Source: Balanoglossus misakiensis (taxonomy: Eukaryota > Animalia > Hemichordata). From it: a stretch of DNA of 64,000 nucleotides. Below are positions 61,307-64,000 of the stretch, one piece after another (the stretch's first letter is position 1; each line of letters begins with the position of its first letter). The stretch is from positions 2,621,434 to 2,685,433 of the forward strand of contig CM082593.2 of NCBI GenBank assembly GCA_040954595.2, given 5' to 3'. A model generated the notes under the pieces. The model saw only the letters and a list, made by a program, of their open reading frames with translations, was not told where the DNA came from and ran no database searches. The position numbers and the translations under genes were made by a program.

Positions 61307-64000
61307 TTTTGTGTCAAATATCATATCCATTGGCAAATGTCTTTATATTAATATTCTGGACATATCCTCGACTGTACTTTGCACAGATATACATACGCTC
61401 ATCGTGCTGGCATCTCTCACAAGAAAACAGTCGGACGACCTTGCGCGCTTAAACGATGCTAATAGTGAACTTTTAAACGTCTCTCAGAGAGAAAAAAAAT
61501 TTTTTTTGAAAAGAGAGTTTTCTTCCATCTCGGTCTTAAAGTAAAACGGTCACATTTTGCAGAAAACCGTGACTATAGACATAATTAATGTACAACCAAG
61601 ATAACGTGAACCGGTGGCTTTCTTGTTATCAATAATAGCTGAACTTTTCTAATATGCGGATATACAGTTTCTTATAAACGTACATTCAATCTCACCTTTC
61701 GAGAAAATCGAGCCTTTTTGCTCGTATGAGCGATGTATGGTTGGTTTCCGCTCAACCGATAAACAGCTACTTTCTTCAAAGACGGTAAAAGAGATGAATT
61801 GTTCTATCAATAGAAAAACTACCGATAATGATGACATCGTCTGCTGATAAGAATATGGGATGATCATCAGCCTGGGGTAGGCCCACTGGCGAAAGTCTCT
61901 TTTGTACATTATCGAAATAAATATTATCACAAAAAACATGCGTAAATTAATTATATCATGAATTAATAATACTACCTACAGCAGTCTGAATTTAATGAGG
62001 CTTGTCTTCCTTCGTACGCATGTCTGTCTGCCTGTGATATTTAGTTTTTTGACGTACCGGCACATAATTTGAAAACCGTACATATATATATTAAAACTAG
62101 TATCGGACTCGAAAAATGAGAAATTACCAAAATTGAAATATCCAACAAGCTTAGCTGTAATAAAACTTTCACAAACTGTTTTCCTCGTAAAAATGATCGA
62201 TAGCAGTAAGAGGCTTAGGATTTGGTTGTCGTGTCTTTCCCTTGCAATACGAGGATCATGGAAGCATCCATAAATTTAACGGACAGCAGTCAACTGCACA
62301 CCGCCCGCTGAATGTGACAATTGCGTATGCAACCACCGTTGTCCGTGATACAACCAATTGCTTAACATATTATGATGCGTGCACGTGTTATTCTAATTTG
62401 AGTCTTACACGTAAGGGGGTCAGTCTAACTGTGTCACGTTTTCTAGATGTGGGGACACTATAACGTCTACAAGAAAGTGTACCTGCCCAGGAAACAAACC
62501 ACAAGACAATTGATGCATTTGAAGGTCATTTTGAAACATTCAATCCAGGCAACATGGTATGACATCAGAGTTAATATATAGACTTCATACACTACCCTTT
62601 TATCGGCTTTACGTCTGTTCTCCGTGCAATTAAAACGCCGGATAGTCTCATTCCAAACGGTGTATGCTACTTAACCTTAGAATAGGGGAAATGGCCTTTT
62701 AACTGATATTTTGGGTTATATTGGGTGTTTATGTCGTTTGCCCAATGAACCAACAGTTGCAAGACAGTCGTGCAAGGTTCCAAAGTCCGTGTGTTGTGTA
62801 TTGCCATAAGGTTTCTGGTGTCGGGCTGTCCCTTCCCATTGGGTAAAAAAAACTCTGTCGGGGTGACATGTCTCGCTTTAACACCTGCAAGAATAAACCG
62901 GATGTGACTACAAAACTACTAATCCAAATCGATGGACTACTCACACTCCCCGTCAACGGAAAACCAAAATGACGTGAAAGCGCTTTTTTTCTGTCTATAT
63001 TTCACAGTTTTACGACCAGGAAATTTTCATCCAACTTCCGCTCGTCAAAGCTTCCCAGAGCTTGATTGTCTGATGTGCGATCCACATCCTGGCTTCCCTG
63101 AGAGAGAAACAAACCCTCGAATATTTGATAATGTATGCACTCAAATAATTACTTTAAAAACAAAATGACATATTGACACCGAGCTGATATGTAAGATGTT
63201 TTAAATCATTAGTTCCCCGTATCTCAGGTTGGTGTCGAAAAAGTTCGCTATCTTCATACGCATAAGTTATACTTCTGATGAAAGTTTATTTTTTCAGGAG
63301 TTTGACCAACTCATACAGACTTCCACAGTAAAATGAAAAGTCTTTTATTCATCGAAAGCTTGGATAACATCTTGGACGTTTAGAACTGATAAATTTATGT
63401 TTGGATCTTTCAAACTCGTCCAGAACCTACGCCGCAACAGACGTAGGCCCTATACTTAAAAAAAGTTGGATGGCCAACGTTTTTTTTTTAACGCCACACC
63501 ACGTGTCTGAGCAGTTAGCCAGGTATAAACAGCAAAGGTGAGAGAGTGTTTGTATTCTGTGGAGCACGTTTTCTTGTTTTTTCTTGCGGGTAATCTGAAG
63601 CACAGACCATAGATGGACTGTGAAGCAGTAGCGATTGTGCGGCGGTTTGGTGTCTGAGAAATGGAAGATTGTGTAAAGGTTATGGGTCACGCTTTAAAAA
63701 CTTCTGTAACGGTTGACATAATACAACCGGCAATTAGCAGGCAGTTGCCAAAGTCTGATACGTGCACGTTATTGCTGTCGCTACGGGAGTGACCATACAC
63801 TATTAGCACGAAGCTTTTAACGGTCCAAATTACCACGGACAGTGGAGAGGAAGGACTTTAATCTAGTGACACAGTCATGACAGTCGAGTCTGAAAATTGT
63901 TCCCGTCCGCAGTACGTCAACACAGAGCGATTTAATGCGGTCACTGACCGAGCCTTTTGATAATTTGATGACTGCCAAGCGGGTTGCTCTTTAAGTTTAT

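Noticed and set aside
60300-64000. Short ORFs after PDPR
   Set aside because: They have no domain motifs, codon-like composition or consistent splice structure, so I treated them as UTR or intergenic sequence.

Overview
This is eukaryotic, intron-rich animal DNA, not prokaryotic. The single-copy pro-orthologues of vertebrate gene families and the compact introns suggest a non-vertebrate deuterostome, but the taxon is a guess. I reconstructed seven spliced protein-coding genes by hand from splice sites and reading-frame phase. In window order they are an NPFF/SIFamide-type GPCR (-), LRRC20 (-), 4E-BP (+), MASK/ANKHD1-ANKRD17 (+, 29 exons), FADD (-), SIRT1 (+) and PDPR (+). The ~20 kb between the GPCR and LRRC20 has no recognisable gene. 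It holds a nested set of Helentron-like non-autonomous elements, a possible solo LTR and a (TACA)n microsatellite. A small TTAA-flanked piggyBac-like MITE family is scattered through the right half. The most notable points are: (1) 4E-BP has two tandemly duplicated, intact alternative last exons encoding different TOR-signalling (TOS) motifs, FQMEM and FEMDI; (2) a long G.U-biased RNA duplex lies in the presumed 4E-BP 3' UTR; (3) the NPFFR-LRRC20-4EBP-MASK-SIRT1 order joins neighbourhoods split across human paralogons; (4) the FADD/SIRT1 head-to-head promoter carries tandem consensus NF-kB sites. All family assignments come from recalled motifs, and no database search was run.
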